A DNA stretch of 34,452 nt from a virus. The notes under the pieces are model-generated. The model worked only from the letters and a program-made list of their open reading frames with translations, had not been told where the DNA came from and did no database searches. The position numbers were made by a program, and so were the translations under genes. Location of the stretch: IMG/VR virus record IMGVR_UViG_3300045988_077029, positions 1-34,452 of that record; one strand, given 5' to 3'. Positions 20,409-30,507 of this stretch are shown here, piece by piece; position 1 is the first letter of the stretch; each line of letters begins with the position of its first letter.

Positions 20409-21779
20409 TCACTCCGTCCACTGGATTGCCATTTCCGCCCCGTCTGAGTAGATGATCTTGACGGGAACTTTCTTTCCACCAACCGTCGCAAACTCTACTC
20501 CATACTTAAGCGGCTCTGAAATACCCTCTACCGTCTCAAAAAAGCTTCCCTGCTCCCAACTTGCGAAATTAAGTCCCACGGTTTTCCGCAGCCCGAAGAG
20601 GTCCAAATACCCCTCGTCCAGCGCGGCAAGACCGAGCTGTTTGCCCATGCTCGTCTCATACGTCAGCTCCAGCGAGTTCTGCCGCTTGACGAGGTAGCCG
20701 CGCTGCTTGCCGTTGTTGTCGCCCGCGCCGAAGACGTCCACAGGGTAGTAGTATTGGCCGTCCGATTGGAACGAAATCGCGCGCTTGACCTGCTCCTCGT
20801 ACTGATAGACCATCACCGGCCAGCTCGTCTGCTTGGTGGTGGTAAAAATGCGCTCGCCATTGGCATAGGGATAGCCGTCCGAGCCGATAGACGCGCCCGC
20901 GGGGTCTGCCTCCCAGTAGATCAGCTCCCCGTTCGGGTTTTTTGCCTGCTCCGTCGTGCTTTTGGCGATGCCCGCGACGAACTCAAGGCTCTGCCCCTCC
21001 ACGCGAATAAAATTGTCGTCCGTTGTGTCTTTAGCAAGGTACTTGACCACCCGGCGCGAGGTCGACAGCCGGTTGACGCTCAAGTCCGCGATCTCGCCGA
21101 AGGCGGAATACAGCGCGTCCGCCGAAAGCTGCCCGGAGACGTCCACATTGCCGTCGAGCTTAATGTAGCCGGTGTAGTTATTGGGCCCAACTTTGAGCGT
21201 GATCGTCGCGGTCGTCTGGCCATCCGGGCTGGACGCTGATGTGACGGATAGGCTGATTTTATCGACCGTTTGCGTGATGTCCGACACCCGCCCGTCAATG
21301 CCCTCCACCTTGAGGTTGATCTCCTCGCTGGTTTTGGTAATGAGCGACCGCGTCTTTGCCATGTTGCGCTCGATCTGCCGCTGCGTCGGCGATTTGTACG
21401 GGTATTCGTCGTCCAGCTCGTCCGCGTCCGGCGCGGAGATGTCCGGCGCGAGCAACGGATCAAACGTCATGTCCAGCGCAATGAGCGGCACATAATGCCC
21501 GTCCACCGTCACCGCGTCGCCAAGCTCCACCGCAGGGTCGAGCAGCGCCTTGCTGCCCTCGTATCCAATGTGCTTGTATCCGGAGACTTTGGCGAGGATC
21601 GCCGCCGCCATTGCATTCGTGCCGTCCGGCTGCAAGGCCGTCAGCGTCCGCCCGGTGTCCGATCCGGACACACCGACCACATCGCCGGTATCGTTCAGCA
21701 GCTCCACTTTGGAGATAGGCTTCGACGCGATGCCGGGGGAAAACTTCGCCAGCCGCCGCCCTAAATAGGTTTTGTCCAT
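20409..21779 (-). CDS. Tail-associated (Tal-like / minor structural) protein (456 aa)
   Basis: Position downstream of the Dit-like gene. Start MDKTYLGRRLAKF. Confidence 0.55.
   Translation of the reverse strand: MDKTYLGRRLAKFSPGIASKPISKVELLNDTGDVVGVSGSDTGRTLTALQPDGTNAMAAAILAKVSGYKHIGYEGSKALLDPAVELGDAVTVDGHYVPLIALDMTFDPLLAPDISAPDADELDDEYPYKSPTQRQIERNMAKTRSLITKTSEEINLKVEGIDGRVSDITQTVDKISLSVTSASSPDGQTTATITLKVGPNNYTGYIKLDGNVDVSGQLSADALYSAFGEIADLSVNRLSTSRRVVKYLAKDTTDDNFIRVEGQSLEFVAGIAKSTTEQAKNPNGELIYWEADPAGASIGSDGYPYANGERIFTTTKQTSWPVMVYQYEEQVKRAISFQSDGQYYYPVDVFGAGDNNGKQRGYLVKRQNSLELTYETSMGKQLGLAALDEGYLDLFGLRKTVGLNFASWEQGSFFETVEGISEPLKYGVEFATVGGKKVPVKIIYSDGAEMAIQWTE
21655..21671 (-). repeat. Dispersed pseudo-palindrome copy S5 (plus strand GTGTCCGATCCGGACAC, 7-3-7 perfect arms)
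   Basis: Read directly. Minus strand reads GTGTCCGGATCGGACACCGG. Confidence 0.6.
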
Positions 21780-21789
21780 GTTGCCCTCC

Positions 21790-22494
21790 TCACACAAGGA
21801 TGCGCACGCCGCCAAAGGTGATGGCTTTTCCGGTCTCCGTGATAAGATAGTGGGTCTCAGCGGGCATGGAGTTCAAGCCTACCAACAGAAGCTTGCCCTC
21901 GTCCGTGAGGGTCCAGTTGCCCGCGTTGGCGACTGCGATACGCCCAAGCGCCTCGCGCATCGTCATATCTCCCTTGTCGTCCACGGGATACTGCACGGGG
22001 AACGCCGCATCCAATACCGTGCGGCTGTCCACTGCTACGCCCATGCGCGCCGCGATATCCGCGACCGCCGTCGCCGCCGGCATCGGCCAAGTCTTTGCGT
22101 CATAGCTGCTGTCGAGCCACGTCTCCTCGGCCTTGAGCATCGCATCATACCCGTGCACACTCAAAACGCCCGTGACCCGGTCAGTCTTGCGCGTGGAAAA
22201 GAAAAACACTCCCTTCGGGATCCACTCGCTCACCTGCTCGCCCAGCCGCAGCCGCATGTAGACCTCAATTTTTGCCTGCCGCGGGATCGTCCCCTGCGGA
22301 TAGATCTCAAAGTCGATCTGCCGCGCGCAGCAGTTTCCGATGCCGAAATCAGAGTACAGTCCGCCGTCGATCCGCAGCGATCCATCTACAATCTTGTCCT
22401 CGCCGTAGGTGACGCCCGCGATCACAAGCTTGACCTCCTTACGGTGCCCTGGACTGGCAAGCAGCGTCCGCCATAAATCACTTACACTGTGCAT
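21790..22494 (-). CDS. Distal tail protein (Dit-like), 234 aa
   Basis: Size and position after the tape measure protein. Confidence 0.55.
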   Translation of the reverse strand: MHSVSDLWRTLLASPGHRKEVKLVIAGVTYGEDKIVDGSLRIDGGLYSDFGIGNCCARQIDFEIYPQGTIPRQAKIEVYMRLRLGEQVSEWIPKGVFFFSTRKTDRVTGVLSVHGYDAMLKAEETWLDSSYDAKTWPMPAATAVADIAARMGVAVDSRTVLDAAFPVQYPVDDKGDMTMREALGRIAVANAGNWTLTDEGKLLLVGLNSMPAETHYLITETGKAITFGGVRILV

Positions 22495-22498
22495 GCGC

Positions 22499-22870
22499 TC
22501 ACCTCTGCGTAAAGTTGAGCGTCTTGCCGCTCCAGTATCGGCCCGTCTGGTCGCGCAGCAAATACGCGAGCTCCAGCCCGTCCACGGTCATGTCCTGCGT
22601 CACCGGCGTGCTGCCGAGCGCAGGGTTCTCATAGGTCACGCTCAGCGTCGCGCTGCGCAGATCTGCGGCCAGCGCCGCCACCTCTGCGTCGGTGATGTCG
22701 TTGAGCTGTGCGCTGCACCAGCCCTGCCAGCGGATCACCGTACTGTGCCGTTTTTTGTCCATCGTCACGACCTCGTCGCTGTATACCGGCGTAATGCCCG
22801 CGCCGAACCCGTACTGGTTAAAAAGTGCCGTGCGGTCGTTGCCGTTGATTTGAAAAGTAAAATTCTTCAT
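22499..22870 (-). CDS. Tail component hypothetical protein (123 aa)
   Basis: ORF track. 4-nt overlap with the tape measure stop. Confidence 0.55.
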   Translation of the reverse strand: MKNFTFQINGNDRTALFNQYGFGAGITPVYSDEVVTMDKKRHSTVIRWQGWCSAQLNDITDAEVAALAADLRSATLSVTYENPALGSTPVTQDMTVDGLELAYLLRDQTGRYWSGKTLNFTQR

Positions 22871-24414
22871 TGTCTTGCCCTCTGGTCCTGCTGCTGGTAC
22901 CGCGTCACCGTCTTGCTCACGGCCTTGCCGTCCAGCGTGGTCGTCAGGTTGATGACGATGTCAGCCGGCTTGCCGCTGCCGCGGTCGCTGCGGTAGTCGT
23001 CCGCCTCGCGCCGCGTCAGCACGCGTTCGCCCTCGTGCAGGATCGCCGGATAGCCGTCATATGGGACGTAATCAAGGCCGTTGGCGTACTGCCGCACGGT
23101 AGACGTCGTCTTTCTCGTGGTCTTTGATTGCCCCTTGGTTTTAGTCGTTTTCTGCTTTTCCTCCACGCCGGCGAGTTTCTTAAAGGCGGCGATCGCGCTG
23201 TTGACAAAGCCGATCAGTTTGGTCACAGCGTCGGCCGCGATATTCACCGCGCCTGCAAACACGCTTTTCATCTTCGCAGCCACCGGCGCGAGCGCCTCGC
23301 CCAGGCGGCCCATTGCCTCGTCCAGCTCGCCCTGCGCCTCGTTGTACTCGATGATATCCTCGTTGGCGTCTCGCCATGCCTGGCCCGCCTGCGGCAGGTT
23401 TTGCTTGGAAAGCTGGTCCAGCACGATCTGCGCGCGCTCGGACGAAGTATTCGCCGCCGCGAGTTTCTCGTTGAAATCGTCTTCGCTCTCGCCCGCCCAG
23501 TTGAGCACGTCAGCAAAGGTGCCCGTCACCTTGCCGGTCTGGATCGTCTCATTGATAGCCTCGGACAGGCCGTCGATCGGGATGCTGTCGCCGTAGGTGG
23601 CCCACGCGCCGGTCGTCGCGTCAATCAGCGTCATGAGGTCGCCCTGCTCCAGCCCAATGGCCTGCAGGTTGGCCACGGTCGTCGCCGCCGTCTGCGAGTC
23701 GCCCAGCACGCCATTCAGGCGGGTGTAGGCCTCTGCCGTCTGCTCGGTTGTGTAACCGGCCTCTTTCGAGCTGGTCTCCAGCGTGCCCATGATCTTGCGG
23801 TATTCCGCCGTATCGTCGACCACGCCGATGATCGCGTCGCCCAGCTCTTTGAGCCCGCCGACGATCGCGCCGCCGATCAGCGCACCCTTGAGGTTGGTGA
23901 GCATCCCCAGCAGGTCGCCGCCTTTGCCCTTGACGCTGAAACCGTTCTGCAGCACGTCCGTAAACTTCTCGATGCCGCTCTGCGCACCGTCAGTTTCTTT
24001 GCCGAACTCGTCGATGGACTTCGCGCACTTGTCGGCGCTCTTGCGCGCCTCGTCGAGATACTTCTCGTTGTCATCCAGCGCATCGTTCATGTCGATCAGC
24101 TCTTTTTTTGCCCGGTTGAGCTGCTGGCGGTAGTTGTCCGTGCGCTTGTCGTTCTCGCCGTAGGCATCGGCGGCGTCCTCTACAGCTTGTTCCAGGGCCT
24201 TGACCTTCTCGGTCTGCTGCTCCTGAGCACGGCGCAGCAGCTCATTCTTCTTGGTCAGGGCTTCCATCGTGTTCGCCTGGCCCTTGAATTCTGCGTCGGC
24301 AAGGCTCATTTCGCTGCGCAGCGTCTTGAGCTCGCTGTTTGCGTCCGACATGGAGCGCTTGAATTCAGTTTCGCCCTCGATCGCCAGCCGCGTCGTGATT
24401 GTCCTCGTCGCCAT
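22867..24414 (-). CDS. Tail tape measure protein (515 aa)
   Basis: Long coiled-coil N-terminus, G/A-rich centre, position after the G/GT chaperones. Confidence 0.8.
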   Translation of the reverse strand: MATRTITTRLAIEGETEFKRSMSDANSELKTLRSEMSLADAEFKGQANTMEALTKKNELLRRAQEQQTEKVKALEQAVEDAADAYGENDKRTDNYRQQLNRAKKELIDMNDALDDNEKYLDEARKSADKCAKSIDEFGKETDGAQSGIEKFTDVLQNGFSVKGKGGDLLGMLTNLKGALIGGAIVGGLKELGDAIIGVVDDTAEYRKIMGTLETSSKEAGYTTEQTAEAYTRLNGVLGDSQTAATTVANLQAIGLEQGDLMTLIDATTGAWATYGDSIPIDGLSEAINETIQTGKVTGTFADVLNWAGESEDDFNEKLAAANTSSERAQIVLDQLSKQNLPQAGQAWRDANEDIIEYNEAQGELDEAMGRLGEALAPVAAKMKSVFAGAVNIAADAVTKLIGFVNSAIAAFKKLAGVEEKQKTTKTKGQSKTTRKTTSTVRQYANGLDYVPYDGYPAILHEGERVLTRREADDYRSDRGSGKPADIVINLTTTLDGKAVSKTVTRYQQQDQRARQ

Positions 24415-24953
24415 TTACGCCTCATCCTCCTCTCTGCGCAGCCCGCGCCGCCTGGTCTCAAGCTCCTGCAAGTCGAGCACTTGCCCGACCGTCAGCAGCA
24501 TCCCCTCGCGGACGCTCAGCCGAAGAAATTGCGTTGTCAGATCCAGCCACCACGCGCGTGTCACGTGATTTCTTTCGTTTTTTTTTGAAGCTCTTCGAGA
24601 AAGAGGTCGCGCTCGCGGTTTTCCTCCTCTTCGCGGGCAAATCCCAACGCAATGGCCTCGCGGATGGCCTTTTTTGCGTCCGAGACCTCCAGCGGTTTGA
24701 GATTTACGCGGAAATACTGCTCCGGCGCGATCGGCCCGCGGTCGAGCCCCTGCCACCGCCGCACCAGCTCGCCCTGCTCGGCGAGCTTTGCGAGCAGCCA
24801 GCACGTATTTTCAAAGCTCTTTTTATCCTTGCTCTCGATGTGCTGCGTAAGAAAGCCCTCGTAGCCGAATTTATCGTAGGCGTCAAAAAGCGCCTGCCCG
24901 TTCAGGCACAGATAGAACGTGTGCCCATTCAGTTCATAAGGAATTGTCTTCAT
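24415..24953 (-). CDS. Tail assembly chaperone, -1 frameshift-extended form (gpGT-like)
   Basis: The -1 frame after the A-run reads KKNERNHVTRAWWLDLTTQ... and stays open to the TAA at 24415, directly abutting the tape measure ATG. Confidence 0.6.
24561..24953 (-). CDS. Tail assembly chaperone (gpG-like, 130 aa)
   Basis: Position between the major tail and tape measure genes. Ends just after an A9 slippery run. Confidence 0.7.
   Translation of the reverse strand: MKTIPYELNGHTFYLCLNGQALFDAYDKFGYEGFLTQHIESKDKKSFENTCWLLAKLAEQGELVRRWQGLDRGPIAPEQYFRVNLKPLEVSDAKKAIREAIALGFAREEEENRERDLFLEELQKKTKEIT
24578..24586 (-). other. Slippery A9 tract for programmed -1 frameshifting
   Basis: Minus strand CTT CAA AAA AAA ACG. 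Confidence 0.6.
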
Positions 24954-25005
24954 TTTTTCCTCCGAATACAAAAGAGACGCAGCGGGTGCCGCGTCTCTTC
25001 GCTTC

Positions 25006-25593
25006 TCAGCCGCCCGCTGCGGCCTTGATTTTTTCATTGACCCACGCCGCGGCCTTGGCCTCGGTGTCGAACTCCTCGCTCTTGTGCTTGTACTTGCCAT
25101 AGAGCGGCTCGAAAACGGTAAACGTGAGCTTGGCATTGCTCAGCACAATGCTGTCGCCCTTGGTCTCGTACTCCTCGCCCTCCATGTTGGCCTTGACCTT
25201 CGGGTAGAAAATGCCCTGATAGTATTTCGTCCCGTCGTCCCTCATGTGGTTGGTGTAAAAGGCGAGGCTGCCATAGGGCGCAGTGTCATTGCTGCCGAAC
25301 TTGAGGTCTTTGTCCCCGTCCGTCGTGCCCAGCTCCGCGCCGGTCACCGCCGCTGCGTTCGCGTTCGAAAGATACAGCGTCTCCACAGCCAGCGAGCCGT
25401 CCTTGAATTCCACGATCTCAACCTTCTTCACGTTGTCGCCGAAGGCGCTCGTGCGGTTGAAATTGATCGTTTCCGTCACCTTGTTCAGCGCGCCGAGATT
25501 TGCCGGCGTGCCGAGCTTTGGGGGCGCGCTGGCCGTCTCGGGATCCGTCGCGGAAAGCGGTGCCCACTGGATCATCTTTGCTCCGTACTGCAT
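25006..25593 (-). CDS. Major tail protein (195 aa)
   Basis: Size, position and composition. Confidence 0.7.
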   Translation of the reverse strand: MQYGAKMIQWAPLSATDPETASAPPKLGTPANLGALNKVTETINFNRTSAFGDNVKKVEIVEFKDGSLAVETLYLSNANAAAVTGAELGTTDGDKDLKFGSNDTAPYGSLAFYTNHMRDDGTKYYQGIFYPKVKANMEGEEYETKGDSIVLSNAKLTFTVFEPLYGKYKHKSEEFDTEAKAAAWVNEKIKAAAGG

Positions 25594-25604
25594 GTTAATC
25601 CTTT

Positions 25605-26057
25605 CTACAGCCCTTTTTCTTTAAGGTAGCGGCTGTACACCTCAAACTCCGCCGCCGTCGCGGCGTCCGCGCTTTGTTCGTTCGCTTTTCGCAAAAAGTG
25701 CCGCGCTTGGATCGTCTTCGTGCCGAACTCGTTCAAAAAGGCGATCTCCGCGTTTCGCGTCACGGTCTTGCCGCGCTTTCTGCTGCCGACCGGCGTGATG
25801 TACAGCACTCGCTGCCCGTTTTTGACCTTGACCTTGCCCTTCCGGATCGAGTTTGCCGTCATGCCCGTGGCGTAGTTCTTCTTCTGGCCCTTGTTGCGGT
25901 ACTCCGTGCCGAGCTTACGCGCCTCGGCGCGCTGTGCCTCAACAACCACGTCGGCGCGGGCGTTGAGCATCGCGTCGATTACCTCGTCCGGCAGCTCAGA
26001 AAGCTCCGTCAGCGATGTCACGACCTCGTCAATTCCCTTAAACTCGACCTTGGCCAT
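25605..26057 (-). CDS. HK97 gp10-like head-tail joining / tail completion protein (150 aa)
   Basis: MAKVEFKGIDEV...RNAEIAFLNEFGT pattern. GGGAGG Shine-Dalgarno. Confidence 0.6.
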   Translation of the reverse strand: MAKVEFKGIDEVVTSLTELSELPDEVIDAMLNARADVVVEAQRAEARKLGTEYRNKGQKKNYATGMTANSIRKGKVKVKNGQRVLYITPVGSRKRGKTVTRNAEIAFLNEFGTKTIQARHFLRKANEQSADAATAAEFEVYSRYLKEKGL

Positions 26058-26394
26058 CATCTGCCTCCCAGCGTCCCACGGCGTCAAATTCCAGCACATA
26101 GTGCTGTCCTGTCTCGTCCGTGGCGGGCTCGATGCTCGGCATGGTAAAGTTGTCCACCGCCGCGATCGCGTCGCGCAGCGCGTGCCGCACGGCCAGCGTA
26201 GAGGCTTTGAGCGGCGCGAAGTAGTGCACCTGCACAAGCGCCCGCGTCAGATGCGCAGCGTTGTCCCCGATTCCCTCCGCCAGCTCCGTGTAATTAAACG
26301 TGCAGTAGCGCACGCTCTCTCCAGTGTAGAGGTTCGGCACGACCGGCTTGACCACCGGCGACACGGTCTTGATAATGATGTCATCCAGTGTCAT
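26038..26394 (-). CDS. Head-tail joining protein (118 aa)
   Basis: Start MTLDDIIIK overlapping the upstream TAA. Position in the connector module. Confidence 0.5.
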   Translation of the reverse strand: MTLDDIIIKTVSPVVKPVVPNLYTGESVRYCTFNYTELAEGIGDNAAHLTRALVQVHYFAPLKASTLAVRHALRDAIAAVDNFTMPSIEPATDETGQHYVLEFDAVGRWEADDGQGRV

Positions 26395-26750
26395 TAGCGT
26401 TCCCTCCATGCAATGTCCGAATCGGACACCGGCCCTTTCATCTGCCCGACCGTCAGCTCGCACGTACCGTCGCCCGCCTTGTAGACGCGCAGGATGTGAT
26501 AGCGTCTCCCGAGATATTCCACCAGCTTCTCGTCGTGATAATCGTCCGCAAAGCTCGGCAAGATGATCTTAAGCTCCGGCGCAAGGCCGATCGCCTGCGC
26601 GTTATAGGTCTCCTGCGAGCCAACGCTGCGGATCTCGGCATAGCTCTCGCTCGTCTGCTCCGTGGTCTGCACGCGGCCGATTTCGTCATAACCGGTCTCA
26701 ACCTCGCGGATTAGCGTCACGACGTCTGAAAACGTGTAGGCCTCAGCCAT
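26394..26750 (-). CDS. Head closure / head-tail adaptor protein (118 aa)
   Basis: Position. YHILRVYKAGDGTCELTV pattern typical of SPP1 gp16-like adaptors. Confidence 0.6.
   Translation of the reverse strand: MAEAYTFSDVVTLIREVETGYDEIGRVQTTEQTSESYAEIRSVGSQETYNAQAIGLAPELKIILPSFADDYHDEKLVEYLGRRYHILRVYKAGDGTCELTVGQMKGPVSDSDIAWRER
26413..26429 (+). repeat. Dispersed pseudo-palindrome copy S4, ATGTCCGAATCGGACAC (contains the perfect 15-bp palindrome TGTCCGAATCGGACA)
   Basis: Read directly. Confidence 0.6.
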
Positions 26751-27036
26751 CGCTTTCCCCGCCTTTCTCCTGGATCAGGCGGTCGTGGAGATCCATGCGC
26801 AGGTAGGCCGGCAGCGCCGGCCCCGTGCTCTGGTTGCGCCTGCGGTAGATCCACGCCGCCATGCTCACCTGGAGCTGCGTGTCGTCCAGGTCGTCTCTCA
26901 GCGTGATCCCGTACCGCTCAATGCGGGAGGCCGCGACGGTGAGCAGCTGCTTGAGCTGCGCCTCGCGCTTCTCGTCAGCGTGGCGCATATCAAGCTCGGC
27001 CTCAAGCATTTTGAGCTTATCCTCGTCTGTCATCAT
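26743..27036 (-). CDS. gp6-like head-tail connector protein (97 aa)
   Basis: Position right after the capsid gene. Helical DE-rich sequence. Confidence 0.6.
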   Translation of the reverse strand: MMTDEDKLKMLEAELDMRHADEKREAQLKQLLTVAASRIERYGITLRDDLDDTQLQVSMAAWIYRRRNQSTGPALPAYLRMDLHDRLIQEKGGESDG

Positions 27037-27057
27037 CGTCCGCGGCCTCCTCTCTTA

Positions 27058-28737
27058 TCAGGCCGTGGCAACCAGCGCTGCGCCGATGCCGATCACGCGG
27101 CCGCTGGCGTCAATGTCGCATACGGTGACATAGTTACCGCTCGCCGCGGCAACGCCCTTGTCCGCGGGCACATCCTTCCAGCTCTCGCCCAGGGCCGCGC
27201 CCTTGGCCACGCTGACGGGCACGCCGGCGACCATGTACTTGAGCTTGCTGCCGGTGTTGCCGGTCACGGTCAGCGTGCTCTTGCCGCTTGCGGGCTTCGC
27301 CGCGGTCACGACCAGCGCGGCCGGATCGCCGTTATAATCGGTCGCAAAGCTCAGCGACGTGGTCGGCGCCGTGTTGTTGTAGTTGACGATCACAAAGCCC
27401 TCGCCAAAGACCGGCTTGCCGTCGAATCTCTGGAGGCCCTTGAAGATCGTGCAGTTCTGGATGAAGAGCGGAATGTCGCTCGATTCGATCTTCGCGCCGC
27501 TGCGCTCGACCCAGCGCTCAAGATCCATGTAGCCGCCCGCGATGTCGTAGTCGCTCATAAAGTCGCATTCGACGATCGTGCCGCCTACGACGGGCATCGT
27601 GTCCTCCATGCCGGGCAGCAGCATCGCCGCGCTGTTCCACGCCATCGCGCGGGCCTTGAGGTCCATGTGCGTTGCGCGGTTCATGACCCACACGAGATTG
27701 CCGTTGGAATAGTTGGGCTTTGCCTTGCTCAGCGCCGCGACCAGCGGACGGAAGAATGCAGCGCCCTCCGCGCTGAAGAGGTCGAGCTTTACGACGTTGC
27801 TCGTGTGCAGGTCAGTAAATGCCCCCTGTTTGGAGCCCCACCAGGACGGCTTGCTATCCGCGGCAAGGCGATGGACAAAGCCAACCGGCTTGTTGTCGCC
27901 GTCGCCGTAAACGCCCGCCTTATCCACAGCAAGTCCGATCGCCTGGCCGAGATAGTCGATGACGGTGGCGAGCAGCTCAAGGTTGTCGTCGTCCTCCAGC
28001 GTGGGGTTAGGCACGACCACAAAGCCGCCGACCATGTAGCCGTCCAGCTCGATCTGGGAGAAGTCGATGTCCAGCTCGTTGAGTCTACCAAGCGCCTCCG
28101 TCCAAACCGCCTCGGGGATCTTGCCCGCGATATTCTGGCGGGCCGTGCCCTTGAGCGGCGTGACGTGCATGTACTGGTACAGCTTGCTGTAGCGCTCCGT
28201 CGTGTCGCGCAGGATTGGCAGCAGCGTGTCGGGGATGCCAAGATCGGCGCCCTTGACGTCGCGCTTCTCGTTCTTCATCTCACGCACGCGCGTCAGAAAC
28301 GCCTTGACATCGTCGCGCTCCATCTGTGCGCTCAGGTCGCGGACAGCAATGCCGCGGATTTTCTCACGGGTTTCAGTAGGCATTTTCATCGCTCCTCTCT
28401 TCTTCATACCGCCCTTGCGGCCGCGGGCCTCATCGCCCTCATCAGCGCCGTCTACAGCATCCTGCACGGTGCTTTCCAGTTCGTCGATTTGGTCGGTCAG
28501 ATCCTGCGCAGCCTCTTCCGCGGCGTCCAGCGCATCTTCGACGTTTTTCTTTTCCTCCTCAAAGGCCGCAACGGCTTCTTCGACCGCCGTTTTCTCCTCG
28601 TCGGTGGCAGCAGCCTCGATGTCGGCCGCGAGCTCGTCCTCGCGCTTCTTAAATCCGGCCTGCTGCTTGCGCAGTTCCTTGATCTCCGCGTTCTTCTCGT
28701 TCAGCTTCTTGCGCAGGAGCAAAACTTTCAGTGCCAT
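27058..28737 (-). CDS. Major capsid protein, HK97 fold, with an N-terminal coiled-coil scaffold (delta) domain (559 aa)
   Basis: Start MALKVLLLRKKLNEK 3 nt after the protease stop. Long coiled coil followed by a capsid-like domain. Confidence 0.85.
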   Translation of the reverse strand: MALKVLLLRKKLNEKNAEIKELRKQQAGFKKREDELAADIEAAATDEEKTAVEEAVAAFEEEKKNVEDALDAAEEAAQDLTDQIDELESTVQDAVDGADEGDEARGRKGGMKKRGAMKMPTETREKIRGIAVRDLSAQMERDDVKAFLTRVREMKNEKRDVKGADLGIPDTLLPILRDTTERYSKLYQYMHVTPLKGTARQNIAGKIPEAVWTEALGRLNELDIDFSQIELDGYMVGGFVVVPNPTLEDDDNLELLATVIDYLGQAIGLAVDKAGVYGDGDNKPVGFVHRLAADSKPSWWGSKQGAFTDLHTSNVVKLDLFSAEGAAFFRPLVAALSKAKPNYSNGNLVWVMNRATHMDLKARAMAWNSAAMLLPGMEDTMPVVGGTIVECDFMSDYDIAGGYMDLERWVERSGAKIESSDIPLFIQNCTIFKGLQRFDGKPVFGEGFVIVNYNNTAPTTSLSFATDYNGDPAALVVTAAKPASGKSTLTVTGNTGSKLKYMVAGVPVSVAKGAALGESWKDVPADKGVAAASGNYVTVCDIDASGRVIGIGAALVATA

Positions 28738-28739
28738 AA

Positions 28740-29324
28740 TCAGTGTGCCTCCAGTCTTTTTTTCATATTTTCGCGCCAGACCTGCGTCTCGCGCTGCCTG
28801 ATGGTCTCGAGCTGCTTCCGTCTGGCGCTCACGCTCGTCGCCTCGTAGGCGGGAAACGTGCAGACGCTTACCTCGTACAGCGGATTGACCTTTTCGATTT
28901 CCCAGCGGCACCGGCCGTCGCCGAGATCCACAAAGGTCTCTCTCTCGATATCAAAACCAAACGAGCACTGGCTGACGTCACCCCGCTGGACGCGGGCATA
29001 GAGGTTCATGGCGTCGGTATCGTCTCGGTTGACTTCAATCTGTCCCCAAAGGCCGGTCTCGTCCTGCTTCAGCAGGAGCGTGCCGGCTGTCGTGCGTCCC
29101 ATGACGAGCGTCGTGTCGTGGTTGACCAGCGCGCGCACGTCCTGTGTTAAAACGCCCTCGAATGCGCCCGGCTTGATGACCTCCTCCGCGCCGTCCCACA
29201 GGGGATAGGGGGAGTCGAACACGGCAAAATAGCCCTCGATATAGAGCTTGCCGTCCGCGTCGCGGGTCTTAAAGTTCTGCGGCAGCGAGCGTACCTGTCG
29301 CTGCTTGCGGTCATTCGTTTCCAT
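28740..29324 (-). CDS. Prohead maturation protease, HK97 family
   Basis: IEGYFAVFDSPY...LVNHD...G pattern. Lies between the portal and capsid genes. Confidence 0.8.
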   Translation of the reverse strand: METNDRKQRQVRSLPQNFKTRDADGKLYIEGYFAVFDSPYPLWDGAEEVIKPGAFEGVLTQDVRALVNHDTTLVMGRTTAGTLLLKQDETGLWGQIEVNRDDTDAMNLYARVQRGDVSQCSFGFDIERETFVDLGDGRCRWEIEKVNPLYEVSVCTFPAYEATSVSARRKQLETIRQRETQVWRENMKKRLEAH

Positions 29325-30507
29325 CGTCGCTGTCTCCTTTCAGCTTTTTCTGGTTGCCGATCATCTCGGCCGGGATATAGTTTTCCAGCATGACCAGCTC
29401 TTCCAGACCGTCGATTGGGCCGAGGTCGAGCCAGTCGCGCACCTCGTTGCCGCTCATCAGGCCGCGCACATACTGCGCATCGCCTACGTCGGCCAGCTCC
29501 GTCAGCGTGTAAGCATAGAGCTTGCGCGTCGAGAACTTAAAATACATCTCTGGCGAGAGCAGCAGCTTTTTCGTCAGCTCCTGCGCGATCGTCGTCGCCA
29601 GCGGAACCACCATGCGCCGGATGTAGTTGTTATACTCCGGCTGATTATACGCGCCCACGCCGATCAAAAAGGGCGGCACGCCCAGTGTCGCGGCAACGGT
29701 CTTGCGATCCAGCTCGACCGTCTCGTTGATGGCGAGATCGGCCAGCGTCAGCGGCTTGACCTGCTGCACGTCGATCAGATCTGCTGGAATGATCCATGGC
29801 GCGCCCGTCTCGTCTTCGGAGAGGTACTGCTCCGCGAGGCGCTTGCGGCCCGCCTCGCTGCTGAATTCATCGGCCATCGCGTCGACCTTGACAATGACGC
29901 TCGGCTTCCACTTATCCGCCATAAAGCGGTTGGTCGTCGCTGCCGCCTGCTTGAGGTTTTGCAGCACGTCCCGCAGCTGGATCGTCACGCCGCGGCCGCG
30001 CCACGGCTGCGCCGGATCTACGTTGAACGGAAAGTGCAGCACCTCGCCTGGCTCAAACACGTTGCCTTTCCACAGCACTTGATAGCTGTTATCCGCCGTC
30101 GCATTCGCGCTGGCCCCCGGCATGGGGACGAGGTCAGCGAGCTTGCCGCTCTGCGTCACCGGCAGCACAAAGGCATTGCCCGTCGATAGCATCTGCGTCA
30201 CGATCCACTCGACAAACGTCTTGCGTGTCGACAAAGAGTATGGCGTCACGTCGATAAACCGGCTCAGCTCATTTTTCTCGCGCACGTCTCCGGCCTTGCC
30301 GTTGCGCATCAGCTGGATAGTTGATGCGCCAATGATGGACGCCGTCACCGCAATCCCCGTCGCCGCGTCCGGCGATTGCAGCAGCGAGGAATAGCCGCTC
30401 ACGCTCAGGCTGTCAAAGCTATCTCCTAAAAACAGACCCAGCGCCGAGTTATCGCCGCGGATGCGGGGCGGCGCTTTCCGCACCCGGCTTTTAATATGCT
30501 TTGTCAT
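29311..30507 (-). CDS. Portal protein, HK97 family (398 aa)
   Basis: Size and position. ATGA overlap with the terminase stop. Confidence 0.8.
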   Translation of the reverse strand: MTKHIKSRVRKAPPRIRGDNSALGLFLGDSFDSLSVSGYSSLLQSPDAATGIAVTASIIGASTIQLMRNGKAGDVREKNELSRFIDVTPYSLSTRKTFVEWIVTQMLSTGNAFVLPVTQSGKLADLVPMPGASANATADNSYQVLWKGNVFEPGEVLHFPFNVDPAQPWRGRGVTIQLRDVLQNLKQAAATTNRFMADKWKPSVIVKVDAMADEFSSEAGRKRLAEQYLSEDETGAPWIIPADLIDVQQVKPLTLADLAINETVELDRKTVAATLGVPPFLIGVGAYNQPEYNNYIRRMVVPLATTIAQELTKKLLLSPEMYFKFSTRKLYAYTLTELADVGDAQYVRGLMSGNEVRDWLDLGPIDGLEELVMLENYIPAEMIGNQKKLKGDSDDGNE

